Shown: positions 63,878-64,000 of the stretch, piece by piece | Numbering within the stretch: position 1 is the stretch's first letter | How the letters are laid out: each line of letters starts with the position of its first letter | Position numbers and translations under genes: made by a program | Notes under the pieces: generated by a model | Told to the model about the DNA's origin: nothing | Seen by the model: only the letters and a program-made list of their open reading frames with translations | Databases searched by the model: none | DNA from: Minisyncoccota bacterium | Lineage (GTDB): Bacteria; Patescibacteriota; Minisyncoccia; Phycocordibacterales; UBA9973 | NCBI GenBank assembly: GCA_035510575.1 | Contig: DATKGV010000008.1 | Location: forward strand, 68,618-132,617 | Length of the DNA stretch: 64,000 nt | Reading direction: 5' to 3'

Positions 63878-64000
63878 TTATGATCTCTTTTTCTTCACAG
63901 AAACCTTCTTGGCTTTCGTAGTAGATTTCTTCTTCGCTGTCTTTCTTGAGGAAGTCTTTTTCTTCGGATTCTTTTGAGCTGGAGTAAAGCAGTCGAGAAC
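63878..64000 (-). CDS. 3' end of a minus-strand gene entering from beyond the window (Lys-rich C-terminal tail)
   Basis: Reverse-complement translation gives ...KKKTSSRKTAKKKSTTKAKKVSVKKKRS* with a stop at 63878-63880; the rest of the gene lies outside the window. Confidence 0.3.
   Translation of the reverse strand, partial: VLDCFTPAQKNPKKKTSSRKTAKKKSTTKAKKVSVKKKRS

Larger units (their letters stand above)
45400..64000. mobile_element. GC-balanced phage/plasmid-like element (partial; continues beyond window end)
   Basis: Base composition and codon usage shift abruptly at ~45.4 kb. The gene content is terminase small and large subunits, two ParB-domain proteins, DNA methyltransferases, a Type III R-M pair, two large serine recombinases and a DGR. 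The left junction is an operator-dense noncoding region. Confidence 0.5.

Noticed and set aside
1-64000. CRISPR array
   Set aside because: No regularly spaced short direct repeats with unique spacers were seen. The only tandem arrays are the 276-bp coding duplication and the 140-bp operator modules, neither CRISPR-like.

Overview
The window is a low-GC, AT-rich bacterial chromosome segment (1 to about 45.4 kb) joined to a GC-balanced, phage/plasmid-like mobile element (about 45.4 to 64 kb, continuing past the window). The gene content and style of the low-GC part resemble reduced-genome Patescibacteria/CPR-type bacteria, and it spans the replication origin.

Low-GC chromosome, in order:
- A conjugation/T4SS-like cluster: a VirB6/TrbL-like membrane protein, a PrgI-like two-TM protein, a VirB4 ATPase split into two ORFs, pilin-like and secreted repeat proteins.
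- The origin module: rpmH-rnpA-yidD-yidC-jag on the minus strand, then dnaA, an AT-rich DnaA-box region (oriC candidate) and dnaN.
- Housekeeping genes: a PBP1A-family protein, tyrS, ruvC, ruvB, a GspE/PilB ATPase, tsaE, polA, fpg, ruvA, rpsT, tRNA-Lys(TTT) and tRNA-Arg(GCG).
- A family of GC-rich palindromic elements (core CCCCT-N4-5-AGGGG hairpins). These occur as inverted copies flanking the PrgI-VirB4 module, as inverted repeats flanking a DUF559 endonuclease-like gene inserted between ruvC and ruvB, and as two in-frame insertions inside fpg.

Mobile element from about 45.4 kb:
- An abrupt shift to GC-balanced DNA with different codon usage.
- A roughly 750 bp noncoding junction packed with operator-like palindromes, including three tandem ~140 bp modules. 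Each module carries four copies of a different N5-spaced inverted repeat: GTTAA/TTAAC, GTTCG/CGAAC and GTCTA/TAGAC.
- A ParB-nuclease::DNA methyltransferase fusion and a paralogous methyltransferase.
- Terminase small- and large-subunit-like genes.
- A Type III restriction-modification pair (mod-res).
- A ParB-like protein.
- Two large serine recombinases bracketing a complete diversity-generating retroelement (DGR).

The DGR is the clearest unusual system. It comprises a 613-aa target gene whose C-terminal VR differs from the TR at 21 positions, all of which are adenines in the TR; an Avd-like gene; and a DGR-type RT with a YADD motif. The VR/avd half and the TR/RT half are on opposite strands. 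A G11 homopolymer sits where the avd and RT 5' ends overlap.
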